Shown here piece after piece: positions 43,500-53,700 of a stretch of 64,000 nucleotides of DNA (within the stretch, counting starts at the first letter, position 1; each line of letters starts with the position of its first letter). The notes under the pieces were generated by a model that worked only from the letters and a program-made list of their open reading frames with translations, searched no databases and had not been told where the DNA came from. Made by a program: the position numbers and the translations under genes. The stretch is from assembly GCA_963667785.2 (NCBI GenBank), contig CAXXMU010000001.1, forward strand, positions 896,001 to 960,000. Direction: 5' to 3'. The DNA comes from Alphaproteobacteria bacterium. GTDB taxonomy: Bacteria; Pseudomonadota; Alphaproteobacteria; UBA828.

Positions 43500-46400
43500 C
43501 TAACTGCTGGGCCTCCTCAACACATCGCGCATGAGCTCCCTGGCCGGTCGAATGCGATTGGTGAGAATGTCCAGCGCGAACCGCGGTGGCCCCGTTCGCC
43601 GGCACTCGGCGGACAGCAACTCTTCTGCCAAGTCCTGGCTTTGCTTTGTCGACATCGACCCCAACAGCCGGACAGTCGATGCCCGAACACTTGGCTCATC
43701 ATTGTCCCTGGCGAACTGTGCAAGAATCTCTTCAACCTCGGGATCTCGCTCTAGTCGCGCGCGCAATGCCTCCAACACATCCTCGGGGAAATCCCATGGA
43801 CTCGACTCGGGCCTCGTGACGAACCAAGCAAAGGCCCTGGCGATCTGTTCCCGTGTTCCTTGTGCACTCAGGAGCCAGAGTTGGGTGCAGACAAGCAGGC
43901 CGGACCTCCCCTGTCTCTCCACAAGATTTCGGTATTCGCGCACTACTATCTCATGATCCGGCCAGCGGGATACCAATCCGACCAATGCGCCTCCCTCCGA
44001 CTGCAGCCTCTCGCTGGACGCCACAATCGCTGCGACGGCGGACGAATCTTCCGAGAAGTGCGCTGCCAAGCATTTCGACGCGACAACTTTGGTTTGGGCA
44101 GCATCGAAGGGACTCTGTTTCTGTGCATCAAACTCCGTGGCCAATGCCCGTTTGCAACAATCCAGCAACAGCGAGCTGCGGGGTCCCAGCCGTGACAGCG
44201 CTACCAGCCCGCGCACCCCGAGCACCACGGAATCGTCTTCGCAGTATTCGAGGAATCTTGTCTTCAACCGGGTAGAGCGACTTAGGTAGGGCGCAAACGC
44301 TGACCAGAAGCCAGCTGGGTCGTCCTTCCATCGGCTAAGACGACTAAGCGGAGAGCCTGCCGTCTCCGTTTCCACTTCTTCCCATCGTTCCGCCGCCAGT
44401 TCGAGAACCGGTGCGTAGTCCTTGAACCGCTCCACGAGGTCGATTCTGAGAGCCTGATCGTCACGTTCCTCCTTCGCACCTGCGAATACGTCGATGCGCC
44501 CCAGGGCCAGCAGGCCGCCGAAAGCCGCTGCGCGCCGGTCGTCGTAGTTGGGCCCGACCGCGTGGAGTTGTGCGCGCAGGGCTTCGGTTCTCTCCTGGGC
44601 CTCGCCGGGCGTTGCGAGCGCCGAATAGGAAAGCCCGATCGTCGCTTGGATCATTGCATGTTCGTCCGTCTCCAGTTCGCACTGTTGCAACGCCTTCCGC
44701 AACGCCTCGTCATCGAAGCGTTCGCTCGCCCTCCTCGCAATGTAACGGCGAAACACCGTCGGCAGCGGAGCCGCACGTTGCAGTATCAACGGTACGATCT
44801 CCGCGTCGGTGGCGTACACGCCGGCCATTGCCACCAGAGGCGGCGATGGCTCCTGCAATCGCTCCAACGCGAAAGCCCTCACTCTGGGATCAGCGTGGAA
44901 CCGGGCGATTAGCCCGCCTTCGCCCCGGTACGCGGCTGGAGACTTCCTGATGTGAGGCAGGATCGCGGAGACCGCCGCCCCGTCGTCAATCTCGTCCCCG
45001 AGGGCGGCGAAACCACCTATCACGAAGTCCGTACGCAAAACCTCCTGGAGGTTGCAGATCTCCATTAGCAGCCGAAAACTTTCGTCGACCGAACCGACGA
45101 TAGCCGGAACGTGATGCGCAATGTGCTGCCTTTCTTCGGGAGGCATCCGCGGGAGCGGGTCCAAAGCAGTGGCAACTTCGGGGTCGTCGATGCCCCAGCC
45201 ATGCAAGAGGCTCCAGACAGGCCAGAACCGGTAGTGCTCCGTGTCGGCCAATCGGCTTAGCATCGTCCGCTTAGCCGCGTCGCTCCTGAGCATCACCGCC
45301 AACCGCGCCGCCTCGAAGTCGTGCTTTGAGAATTTTTCCTCCTCGAACCAAGCCTCGGCAGCCGAGCGCACGTTCGCATGTTCAGACAGGATCGGCTCCA
45401 GCAGCGCGTCCCCGGGCAGCGTTCCCCTGAACGGGAAGTGGTCACGCGTTTCAATTTCCTGCTGCACCCAGCGGGGCACGCGGGAATCTTCCCGATGGAG
45501 CCTCATGAGCATAGATCGGGCATTTTCGTAATGGATGTCGTATTTCTGCGGACCATGCCTGCCAACGCTGGCCCAACACGCGTCTTGGAATTCGCCATCG
45601 TCCGCCCAGTCCCTGACGAGCGCGTCCATGATCTCCGCGTGGAGACCGCCCTCGTACCTGCTCCAACGGGTGCCCAAAGTGCCCAGCAGCGTGTCCCTCC
45701 CCTCATCACCTCGGCGACCACGCTTGTACAACGCCAGGGCCGCTACCGTTCGCATTTGAATGCTCGGCGAACGCTCAGCTTCATGCAGCCAGTCTTCCAG
45801 ACCATCGACAGACGGCCAGCCTCGGCTCAGCGCATCAAGCGCCGCCGCGGTCACCCAAGGATTCATCGACTCCTGAGCCAGCGCCTTCAGTCTGTTACTG
45901 ATTTTGCGGCTACCTTCGAAAACCTTGGCGAGACTCGCTGCTGCGGCCAGCTGGTTCCTGTCTCCCGCGAGTGCGAGTTGCAGCGTCTGCGCAAGTTCCT
46001 CCGTCGGCTGCCACCGTCCGAGCTGCGCGTAAAGGTCCGGTTGCCACTCGGTGACTCCGGGCCACCATCTCGCGAGTCGTGCAACGACCGCCTCGCCGAT
46101 GGGACCAGCGCGCGGACCATCCAACGCCAACCCCAGCAACTCGATCCCTTCAGCGTCATCCGTTCCGGTTTCGATCCGACTCAGGCTGTCAAGAGCCGCC
46201 TGCCGACCGACCGAGCCCGAGACAGACGCCGTCGCGAAAGCACCGTCCGCGAGCAGTAGCCGCCGATCCGTCGAACCCGGCTCCCCGTCCTGTTCGTCCC
46301 GAATCGCTTCAAGTATCCGCTCCACGTCGACCCTGCGCTTCAGCGATTGGAGCAGCGCAAGGATGGTGCCTCGCCAGCGCGGTTCGCCCGCATGACCGGA

Positions 46401-48437
46401 TACAAACTCAACTTGGTTTTCCAGCGGCCGGGTGGCCAGTTCCAGACCTGCGAGGTGTTCGCGAAACGCGGCATGGCAGAACGCGAGCTCCTCCGGCCCA
46501 CGCTCGACGAGGAGGCCCGACGTGTCCGCATCGACGTCCGTCAGTTCCCGCGCCCCAACACGGGCTTTCTCCTTCGCCCACCCGGGTCCAGTTTCCGAAT
46601 CAGCCAAGAAGCCCTCGATCACCCGCCGAGCTTCGTCGCGGTCGATCCCGGCGTCCGCGCCCCGTACGTGTACGTGGAACGCCAGCTTGGCTAAAGCGTC
46701 GATCCGAACGTCGTCGGCAGAGAAAATGGGCATTCGTGACTTCATTTCGGCGGCCGCCGTCGCACGCCGGTTGGGATGAACCTCCAGGAGAATCTCGATG
46801 AGTTTCTGGAGCAATTGGAATCGCGTGTTCGGCAGGATGATCTGGCGGGCCGCCACCGAGAGCATCCCGTGCAGAAGCAAGGGATTGCCTGCGAGCGACT
46901 GCAGCCGACCGCTATGCTCGAGCTGCTGGAAGAACTGCCGGACCCGAAGCGCCACGGGAGTCGCCGCGTTGTTATCCTCGCTCAGGAGCTTGGTCGCGAG
47001 GTCGCGCTGTTGGCGCCGCTGCAACTCCACCAGTCGCGCCGCCTTCCAGTACCCGCTTGTCGGCCCCAGACGCCGCAGCCCGGCAGGGCGCGCGGTCGCG
47101 ATGGTGAACACGTCGTGGGTGCGAACGAACGTCTCGATTGTGGCGAGTGTCGTCCTCGCGGCCTGCTCGTCGCTGTACTCGTCCAGACCGTCAATCAGAA
47201 GCACCAGTCTCTCGTCGGCCAGTGCTTCGATGAAGGAATCTTCCAGTTCTCTTTCGGGAACGAACGCCCGGAACGCTTCTCGGATCACCTCCGCCAACGC
47301 CACTTCGCGTTGCTCCTTCGCCGCGAGACGGCTCCAAAGTGCAAACGGGATGAGCAACGGTATGCGCACACCGAGCCGATCATGGACCGCAGGGAACAGT
47401 TCAGGGTTACGCACCAGATCAAGCGCGAGACACCGCAGAACCGTGCTCTTGCCGGAGCCGGGAGCGCCCGAAAGCAATAGCGCGCGCTCGCCCTGCAACA
47501 GCCAGTCGTCGAACGCAATTGGCGGTATCTCGGGCGGCTCGCTCGGGGTTCTGTCGAAGTGGGAGGGTTCCCTAGGATCGCTGTACTCGTCGAAATTCCA
47601 GGCATCGTCATCCTGTCCGCGCGCCTCGCCCGGCCAGTCCTCCGGCTCCAGCGACGGCACGAAGAACGGATTTGCCGGATCGACATCGGGGACCACGAAG
47701 CGCTTGCGAATGTCGCGTGTATCCCGCCGCGCCGGGTCAACATTCAACCCGGGGTCGAGTTGCTGGATCCGTGCCTCGAAGATCTCCGCCAGACGTCTCC
47801 GCAGTGCAATCACGCGTTGCACCTTTAGCGGCCGTTTTAGGCCCGCCGCGACATCCTCGCCGGCAAAGGCAACGAGCCAGCTTCGGCCGAAGAAGTCGTC
47901 GACGATCTCCGGATGGGACCTTAGCTTCTCGCTGAGTTGATTACCGTCGACACCTTCGAAGACGATACCTTTTTCAAGTAGCCGCGCGGCCTGTGTCTCG
48001 ATCGTGTCCTGCAGCGCGGTGTCCGCAAGGCTTGCTCGGACGCAAAACACGAAGCGCTCCGCCGACGCGATCCATTTGCCCTTGAGAAAGTCGTCGACAG
48101 CCTTCTCTATGTCGGACGCGGCCACGTCCTTCCAGTTCCTGGCCTGCCAACAGATATGTCCGCCGCCAGCCAGACGCGCATAAACGTCGATACCATGTTG
48201 AGCTTGACCGGATCGCCCATACCGCGCGCAGTAGACCACGTCGGAATTCTTGCGTGCCAAGCGGAACACAAGCCTTTCGAAGTCCTGCCACGAGAGTAGG
48301 TCGCAGGGCAATTCTGGGACCCGGGTCTCTACCGGGTGGGCTTCGACGACTGATTCCGGAAGCTCCGGGAAACAGACGGGGACCGTCGGGTCCCCTGAAG
48401 GCGCGATCGAATCCTGCAACCCTTGACTACCTTCCAA
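43500..48437 (-). CDS. NACHT (STAND) NTPase with N-terminal Mrr/REase-like domain and C-terminal helical repeats (NLR-like defence)
   Basis: FERLV...GIDV...WQAR; GAPGSGKST; LLIDGLDE; GNPLLL; FCHAAFREHLA; lower GC and opposite to the backbone. TTG start uncertain. Confidence 0.85.
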   Translation of the reverse strand: MEGSQGLQDSIAPSGDPTVPVCFPELPESVVEAHPVETRVPELPCDLLSWQDFERLVFRLARKNSDVVYCARYGRSGQAQHGIDVYARLAGGGHICWQARNWKDVAASDIEKAVDDFLKGKWIASAERFVFCVRASLADTALQDTIETQAARLLEKGIVFEGVDGNQLSEKLRSHPEIVDDFFGRSWLVAFAGEDVAAGLKRPLKVQRVIALRRRLAEIFEARIQQLDPGLNVDPARRDTRDIRKRFVVPDVDPANPFFVPSLEPEDWPGEARGQDDDAWNFDEYSDPREPSHFDRTPSEPPEIPPIAFDDWLLQGERALLLSGAPGSGKSTVLRCLALDLVRNPELFPAVHDRLGVRIPLLIPFALWSRLAAKEQREVALAEVIREAFRAFVPERELEDSFIEALADERLVLLIDGLDEYSDEQAARTTLATIETFVRTHDVFTIATARPAGLRRLGPTSGYWKAARLVELQRRQQRDLATKLLSEDNNAATPVALRVRQFFQQLEHSGRLQSLAGNPLLLHGMLSVAARQIILPNTRFQLLQKLIEILLEVHPNRRATAAAEMKSRMPIFSADDVRIDALAKLAFHVHVRGADAGIDRDEARRVIEGFLADSETGPGWAKEKARVGARELTDVDADTSGLLVERGPEELAFCHAAFREHLAGLELATRPLENQVEFVSGHAGEPRWRGTILALLQSLKRRVDVERILEAIRDEQDGEPGSTDRRLLLADGAFATASVSGSVGRQAALDSLSRIETGTDDAEGIELLGLALDGPRAGPIGEAVVARLARWWPGVTEWQPDLYAQLGRWQPTEELAQTLQLALAGDRNQLAAAASLAKVFEGSRKISNRLKALAQESMNPWVTAAALDALSRGWPSVDGLEDWLHEAERSPSIQMRTVAALALYKRGRRGDEGRDTLLGTLGTRWSRYEGGLHAEIMDALVRDWADDGEFQDACWASVGRHGPQKYDIHYENARSMLMRLHREDSRVPRWVQQEIETRDHFPFRGTLPGDALLEPILSEHANVRSAAEAWFEEEKFSKHDFEAARLAVMLRSDAAKRTMLSRLADTEHYRFWPVWSLLHGWGIDDPEVATALDPLPRMPPEERQHIAHHVPAIVGSVDESFRLLMEICNLQEVLRTDFVIGGFAALGDEIDDGAAVSAILPHIRKSPAAYRGEGGLIARFHADPRVRAFALERLQEPSPPLVAMAGVYATDAEIVPLILQRAAPLPTVFRRYIARRASERFDDEALRKALQQCELETDEHAMIQATIGLSYSALATPGEAQERTEALRAQLHAVGPNYDDRRAAAFGGLLALGRIDVFAGAKEERDDQALRIDLVERFKDYAPVLELAAERWEEVETETAGSPLSRLSRWKDDPAGFWSAFAPYLSRSTRLKTRFLEYCEDDSVVLGVRGLVALSRLGPRSSLLLDCCKRALATEFDAQKQSPFDAAQTKVVASKCLAAHFSEDSSAVAAIVASSERLQSEGGALVGLVSRWPDHEIVVREYRNLVERQGRSGLLVCTQLWLLSAQGTREQIARAFAWFVTRPESSPWDFPEDVLEALRARLERDPEVEEILAQFARDNDEPSVRASTVRLLGSMSTKQSQDLAEELLSAECRRTGPPRFALDILTNRIRPARELMRDVLRRPSS

Positions 48438-49203
48438 TCACGGCTCAGGCGCAACTCCCGCACCGGGCGCTGCACGTACACGACCGCCGCGCGGGTCGCA
48501 ATCCCTCCCGAAGACACTTCATCGCAGCACCGCGCCCTTTGCTGGCAGGATCATCCCTCTTGTGTACCGAACCGCCGCCGTTGGCGGCCCGCGGTGGATC
48601 TTCCGCCCCGCTTCGATTTCACCGACCATAGGTGGCCTAGTCTCCCTGCGGCGCAACAGACTGGACTATATGGAAACCCATCGACATCGGTCCACGCCAA
48701 CGCTTGTAACGAGGGCGGTCAAAGCATCGGGACACCGCGCACGACCCGGTTGCCCCTCTGAGTGAGCCGACACGCATCTTCTGTACCTCTGACAACGCTT
48801 TGCTTCGTGTATCCAAAGGCGCCACACGAAGCCGCTCGGGTCCGCCCGCTGAACTACCGGGACAACCTCCACCCGCTTTCCCAGGCGCTCAACCACGCAT
48901 GCCGATATGCAGGCTGACTATCGAAAGCCAATGGACAAGCTGACGGACGCGCCGGCCAACTGTCCGCACGTCACGGTGTCACTCAACGCCCGCGGCAAAC
49001 CCCACCCCGAGGTCCTCCACGGCAGGGCCGTGGTGTGCATTCTCGACCCGTAGCTCTCCCCGCTCCGCCTCCCGCCCTTTTCACCGCCCACGCCGGACCG
49101 CACCGCCCGGAGGCGGGGCCGGCTTCCTCTCGATCGACGGAGGCCCGGGGCGCGGGAGCGTCCCGGGTCTTCGGCGTCCCGCAACCCGTAACTGGAGGCC
49201 GTC

Positions 49204-49422
49204 ATGACACCCCAAGCCGCCCACATCCCGCGGACCGCCGCCGCGCCCGCGCCGGCCGAGCCCGCCGACGAGGCGCAGAAGCGCGCCATCGCCCACGCCG
49301 TCTGGACCGACCTCCTCTGGCTGATGCCGCAGGGCCGCACCGTCACCGTCACCGTGCGCGACGGCAGGGTCGCGGTCGACCTCGGCCCCGTCGCTCCGGC
49401 GCCGCCGCCCGCATCCCACTAA
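49204..49422 (+). CDS. Small hypothetical protein
   Basis: GGAGG SD; resembles the C-terminal end of the GHKL protein (41341-43101). Confidence 0.5.
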   Translation: MTPQAAHIPRTAAAPAPAEPADEAQKRAIAHAVWTDLLWLMPQGRTVTVTVRDGRVAVDLGPVAPAPPPASH

Positions 49423-49434
49423 CCGGGGGCCGCC

Positions 49435-49818
49435 ATGAAGCTCCTCACCAAGGAACAGCGCGAACGGCTGCTCAGAAACGGCGCGCGCCGGGGCGATCAC
49501 CCTCCTCACGTCAAGTGGTTCTACCCCGCCGGGGCGGGCACCTGGCTCGTGTCGGAGCTCGACCCCGAGGACCCCGACATCGCCCACTGCCTGGCCGATC
49601 TTGGCATGGGCTGCCCCGAGGTCGGCAGCGTGCGGGTGTCCGAGCTCGAATCGTTCCGCGGCCGTTTCGGACTCGGCATCGAGCGGGACCTCTACTTCAA
49701 CGCCAAGGGGCGCCCGCTATCGGTCTACGCCGAGGCCGCGCGCGCCGCCGGCCGCATCGTCGAGTCCGGACCCGAGCTGGACGAGGCCGCCGGGAGCCGC
49801 ACCGGCGCCGGCGCCTGA
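49435..49818 (+). CDS. DUF2958-family protein
   Basis: VKWFYPAGAGTWLVSELDP...LADLGMGCPEVGSV...IERDLYF. Confidence 0.8.
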   Translation: MKLLTKEQRERLLRNGARRGDHPPHVKWFYPAGAGTWLVSELDPEDPDIAHCLADLGMGCPEVGSVRVSELESFRGRFGLGIERDLYFNAKGRPLSVYAEAARAAGRIVESGPELDEAAGSRTGAGA

Positions 49819-49885
49819 CCATTCCTCGCGCCCCGTCCCGGCCCCTCCGGGGCGGGGCGCCTTCCTTCCGATCATGGAGGCCGCC

Positions 49886-50530
49886 ATGCCCCGCACCGTG
49901 GAAACCGTCGTCTACGCGATCGAGGAATTGTCCGAAGCCGCGAAGGACCGCGCCCGCGGCTGGTACCGCGAGACCTGTCTCGAACACGAATGGTACGACG
50001 CCGTGTTCGAGGATTTCGAGGCGATCTGCGGGATCCTCGGCGTGACGCTCGGCACCACTTCTGTCCGCCTCTACGGCGGCGGGACGCGGGACAAGGCGCA
50101 ACTCTACTTTCGCGGATTCGCCAACCAAGGTGACGGGGCGTGTTTCGAGGGCTCGCTCCGCCATGCCAGGGGCGGGACCAGCGCCATCCGTGACTACGCG
50201 CCCAAGGACACCGAGCTGCACCGGATCGCGGACGACCTGCAATCCGTCCAGCGGAAGAACTTCTATCAGCTCACCGCGAACGTCCGCCACCGCGGCCGCT
50301 ACTACCACGAGCACAGCATGGCGATCGCGGTGGAGCGCGACAGCCCGACCTGGCAGCCCATGACGGACGGCGCCGAGGACACGGTTTCGGAAACGCTGCG
50401 CGACCTCGCGCGCTGGCTCTACCGCCAGCTCGAACGCGAGTACGACTACCTCACCTCCGACGACGCCGTCGATGAGACCATCGCGCTCAACGAATACACC
50501 TTCACGGCGGAAGGCCGGCGCTTCGGCTGA
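49886..50530 (+). CDS. Conserved ICE/plasmid protein (often labelled 'antitoxin of toxin-antitoxin stability system')
   Basis: VYAIEELSEAAKDRARGWY...FANQGDGACF...WLYRQLEREYDYLTSD; GGAGG SD. Confidence 0.7.
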   Translation: MPRTVETVVYAIEELSEAAKDRARGWYRETCLEHEWYDAVFEDFEAICGILGVTLGTTSVRLYGGGTRDKAQLYFRGFANQGDGACFEGSLRHARGGTSAIRDYAPKDTELHRIADDLQSVQRKNFYQLTANVRHRGRYYHEHSMAIAVERDSPTWQPMTDGAEDTVSETLRDLARWLYRQLEREYDYLTSDDAVDETIALNEYTFTAEGRRFG

Positions 50531-50776
50531 GCGAATGCGGCCCGCCCCCGATGCCGGGCCGCCCGTCCCGGTTTCCTGACCGGGCCGTCTCCCGCTCCTC
50601 TCTCCCGAACCGCCCGCAGCGCCTCCCGGAGCACTTCCGCACGGCGTCTACGCCGCCGCGCGGTCCGCCGCCCGGAGTCGGGCGAGCCGGCCGGGGGCAG
50701 TCCGGCGGGACGGCGCGGGAGGACCGGTGCCGCGCCGCCGGCCCGCTTCCCGCCCTTCCAGCACGGAGATCCCCCC

Positions 50777-53700
50777 ATGCTCGACGCCCCTCCGGCGCCG
50801 CTCGCGACTGCGCGTCCATCCCTTCCCGCCACCGCCATCGAGCCGTCCGCCGGACCCGAGCCGGCGCGCCCCGACGGAGGCGATGCCCTGTTCGCCGCGG
50901 CCGGCACCCTGCTGCCGGTCCTGGAGGCCGGCAAGCCCCTCGATGCCGCGACCCTCCGCGATGCCATGACCCGCCCGTTCGGGGCCAGCGATGCCGAGGG
51001 CGCCTGGGTGTGGAAGGACGCCTACGAGGCCGCCGAGGCGGCGGTGGTGATGTTCGTCCAACGCTACGGCCGCGCCATGCGGCGCAACGCCGGGGCCGGT
51101 CCGGACGGGCCGCGCCGGATGCTGGCGATGCTGGAGGCCGTCGCCGCGCTGGAGCCGTCGCACACGAAGCGCTCGGAAGAGCAGGTCCGCCTCCAGCAGT
51201 TCTCGACGCCGCTGCCGCTCGCCTATACCGTGCTCCAGGCCGCCGCCATCCGGCCGGGCGATGTCGTGCTGGAGCCGTCGGCAGGCACCGGGATGCTGGC
51301 CGTGATGGCGGCGTGCGCGCTCGCCGACCGCGCGGAGGGCGCGCTTCACCTGAACGAGATCGCGGCCGTACGCGCCCGCCTTCTCACCCGGCTCTTTCCG
51401 CACGCCGCCGTCACCGCCTTCAACGCGGAATCCATCGCCGACCGGCTGTACGACGTCCGCCCCACGGTGGTGTTGATGAACCCGCCGTTTTCGGCGACGC
51501 CCGGGATCGACCGCATCCGCCACGACGCCGATCTGCGCCACCTCCGCTCGGCCTTCTCGATGCTGCCGCCGGGCGGACGGCTGGTAACGATCACCTCTGC
51601 CCACTGCATTCCGGGCGATGCCGCCTGGACCGACGCCTTCGCCTCCCGCGGCGACGCCCGCGCGGTCTTCACCATGGCTATCGACGGGCGCGCCTACGCC
51701 CGGCGCGGCACCGGGTTCGACACCCGCCTCACCGTCCTCGACAGGAGCGATGCGCCCGCCGCTGCGCTGGACGGCCGGGCCAAGGCCGCCCACGCCGCCG
51801 CCCTGCTCGATGCGGTCATCGCGACGGTGCCGCCGCGCAGGGCGATCGCGCCCGCGCCGGTCCCGGCCGGCCCCGCGCGCGACCTCTTCGGCAAGCCCGT
51901 CGCGCCCAGGCCTCCGAAGCGACGGACCTCCGCAAGCCCGTCCACCGCCGGGACGCGGCAGGTCCACGACTGGAGCGACGTCTCCGAGCTCCAAGTCGAG
52001 ACCGACGCTCCGCATACCGGCACGGACACAACTGCCGCCTCGACCGCCGGCCCCTACGAGCCGTGGCGCCCGAGCGTGGTGCGCGTGCCCGGCGCCATCG
52101 AGCACCCCACCCCGCTGGTGCAGTCCGCCGCCATGGCCGCCGTGCCCCATCCGGCGCCGGCCTGGCGCCCGATGCTGCCCGCGCGCGTGGTGAGCGACGG
52201 CCTGCTCTCCGACGCCCAGCTCGAGAGCATCGCATTGGCGGGCGAAGCCCACGCCCGCCACCTCGCCGCCGACTACCGCATCGGCTCGGGCTGGGAGACG
52301 GTGCAGCGCTGCGGTACCGAAGAGGACGACGCGGTACGTACCGCCGTCCGGACGGACGAAGGCGAAGTGCTGTCCGCGCCGGTCCGGTTCCGCCGCGGAT
52401 GGATGCTCGGCGACGGCACCGGGGCGGGGAAGGGCCGGCAGGTCGCCGCCATCGTGCTCGACCACTGGCTGCGCGGCCGCAAGCGAGCGCTGTGGCTCTC
52501 ACAGTCCGACAAGCTGGTCGAGGACGCGCGCCGCGACTGGACCGCGCTCGGGGGCCGGGACGACGACGTGATCCCGCTCGGCAAGTTCCGCCAGGGCGCG
52601 GAGATCCCGCTCTCCGAGGGCATCCTGTTCGCGACCTACGCGACGCTGCGCTCGCCGGCCCGCCAGGGCAGGCTCTCGCGCCTCGACCAGATCGTGGAAT
52701 GGCTCGCGGGCTCGCTCGACGAGGACGACCGCCACGCCTTCGACGGGGTGGTGATCTTCGACGAGGCGCACGCGATGGCGAACGCGGCGGGCGCGAAGAG
52801 CAGCCGCGGCGAGACCAGGCCATCGCAGCAGGGCCGCGCCGGCCTGCGCCTCCAGCACGCGCTCCCGGACGCGCGCATCGCCTACGTCTCGGCGACCGGC
52901 GCCACCACCGTCCCCGGCCTCGCCTACGCCGGACGTCTGGGATTGTGGGCCGCCGGCGAGACGCCGTTCGTGACCCGCGTGGAGTTCGTTTCCGCGATGG
53001 AGGCGGGCGGCGTCGCGGCACTGGAGGTCGTCGCCCGCGACCTGAAGGCCCTCGGCCTCTACCAGGCCCGCGCGCTCTCCTATGACGGGGTCGAGGTCGA
53101 CATCCTCGAACACCCGCTGACCGAAGCCCAGCGGCGCATCTACGACACCTATGCCGGCGCCTTCAAGGTGATCCACCACAACATCCAGGAAGCGCTCAAG
53201 GCCACCGGCATCACCGACGGCGACAAGACCCTCAACAAGAACGCCAAGTCCGCCGCCATGAGCGCCTTCGAGGGCGCGAAGCAGAGGTTCTTCGGGCACC
53301 TGCTCACCAGCATGAAGTGCCCGAGCCTGATGCGCGCGATCGAGGCGGACCTCGATGCCGGCCGCTCCGCCGTCGTCCAGCTCGTCTCCACCGGCGAGGC
53401 GCTGATGGAGCGGCGCATCGCCGAGATCCCCGCGTCGGAATGGGACGACATCAACGTCGACCTCACGCCCCGCGAGACCGTCATCGAGTTCCTGGCCCAC
53501 GCCTTCCCGGTGCAGCTCCAGGAGCCCTTCACCGACGACAACGACAACGTCCTGTCGCGGCCGGTGTTCGACGGGGACGGGAATCCGGTGCTCTGCCAGG
53601 AGGCCATCGCACGTCGCGATGCCCTGATCGAGAAGCTGGCCTCGCTGCCGCCCGTGCCGTCCGCGCTGGACCAGATCGTGCAGCATTTCGGGCACGACGC

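Noticed and set aside
48500-49030. Short ORFs upstream of the NACHT gene
   Set aside because: No motifs or clear SD; probably intergenic or decayed sequence.
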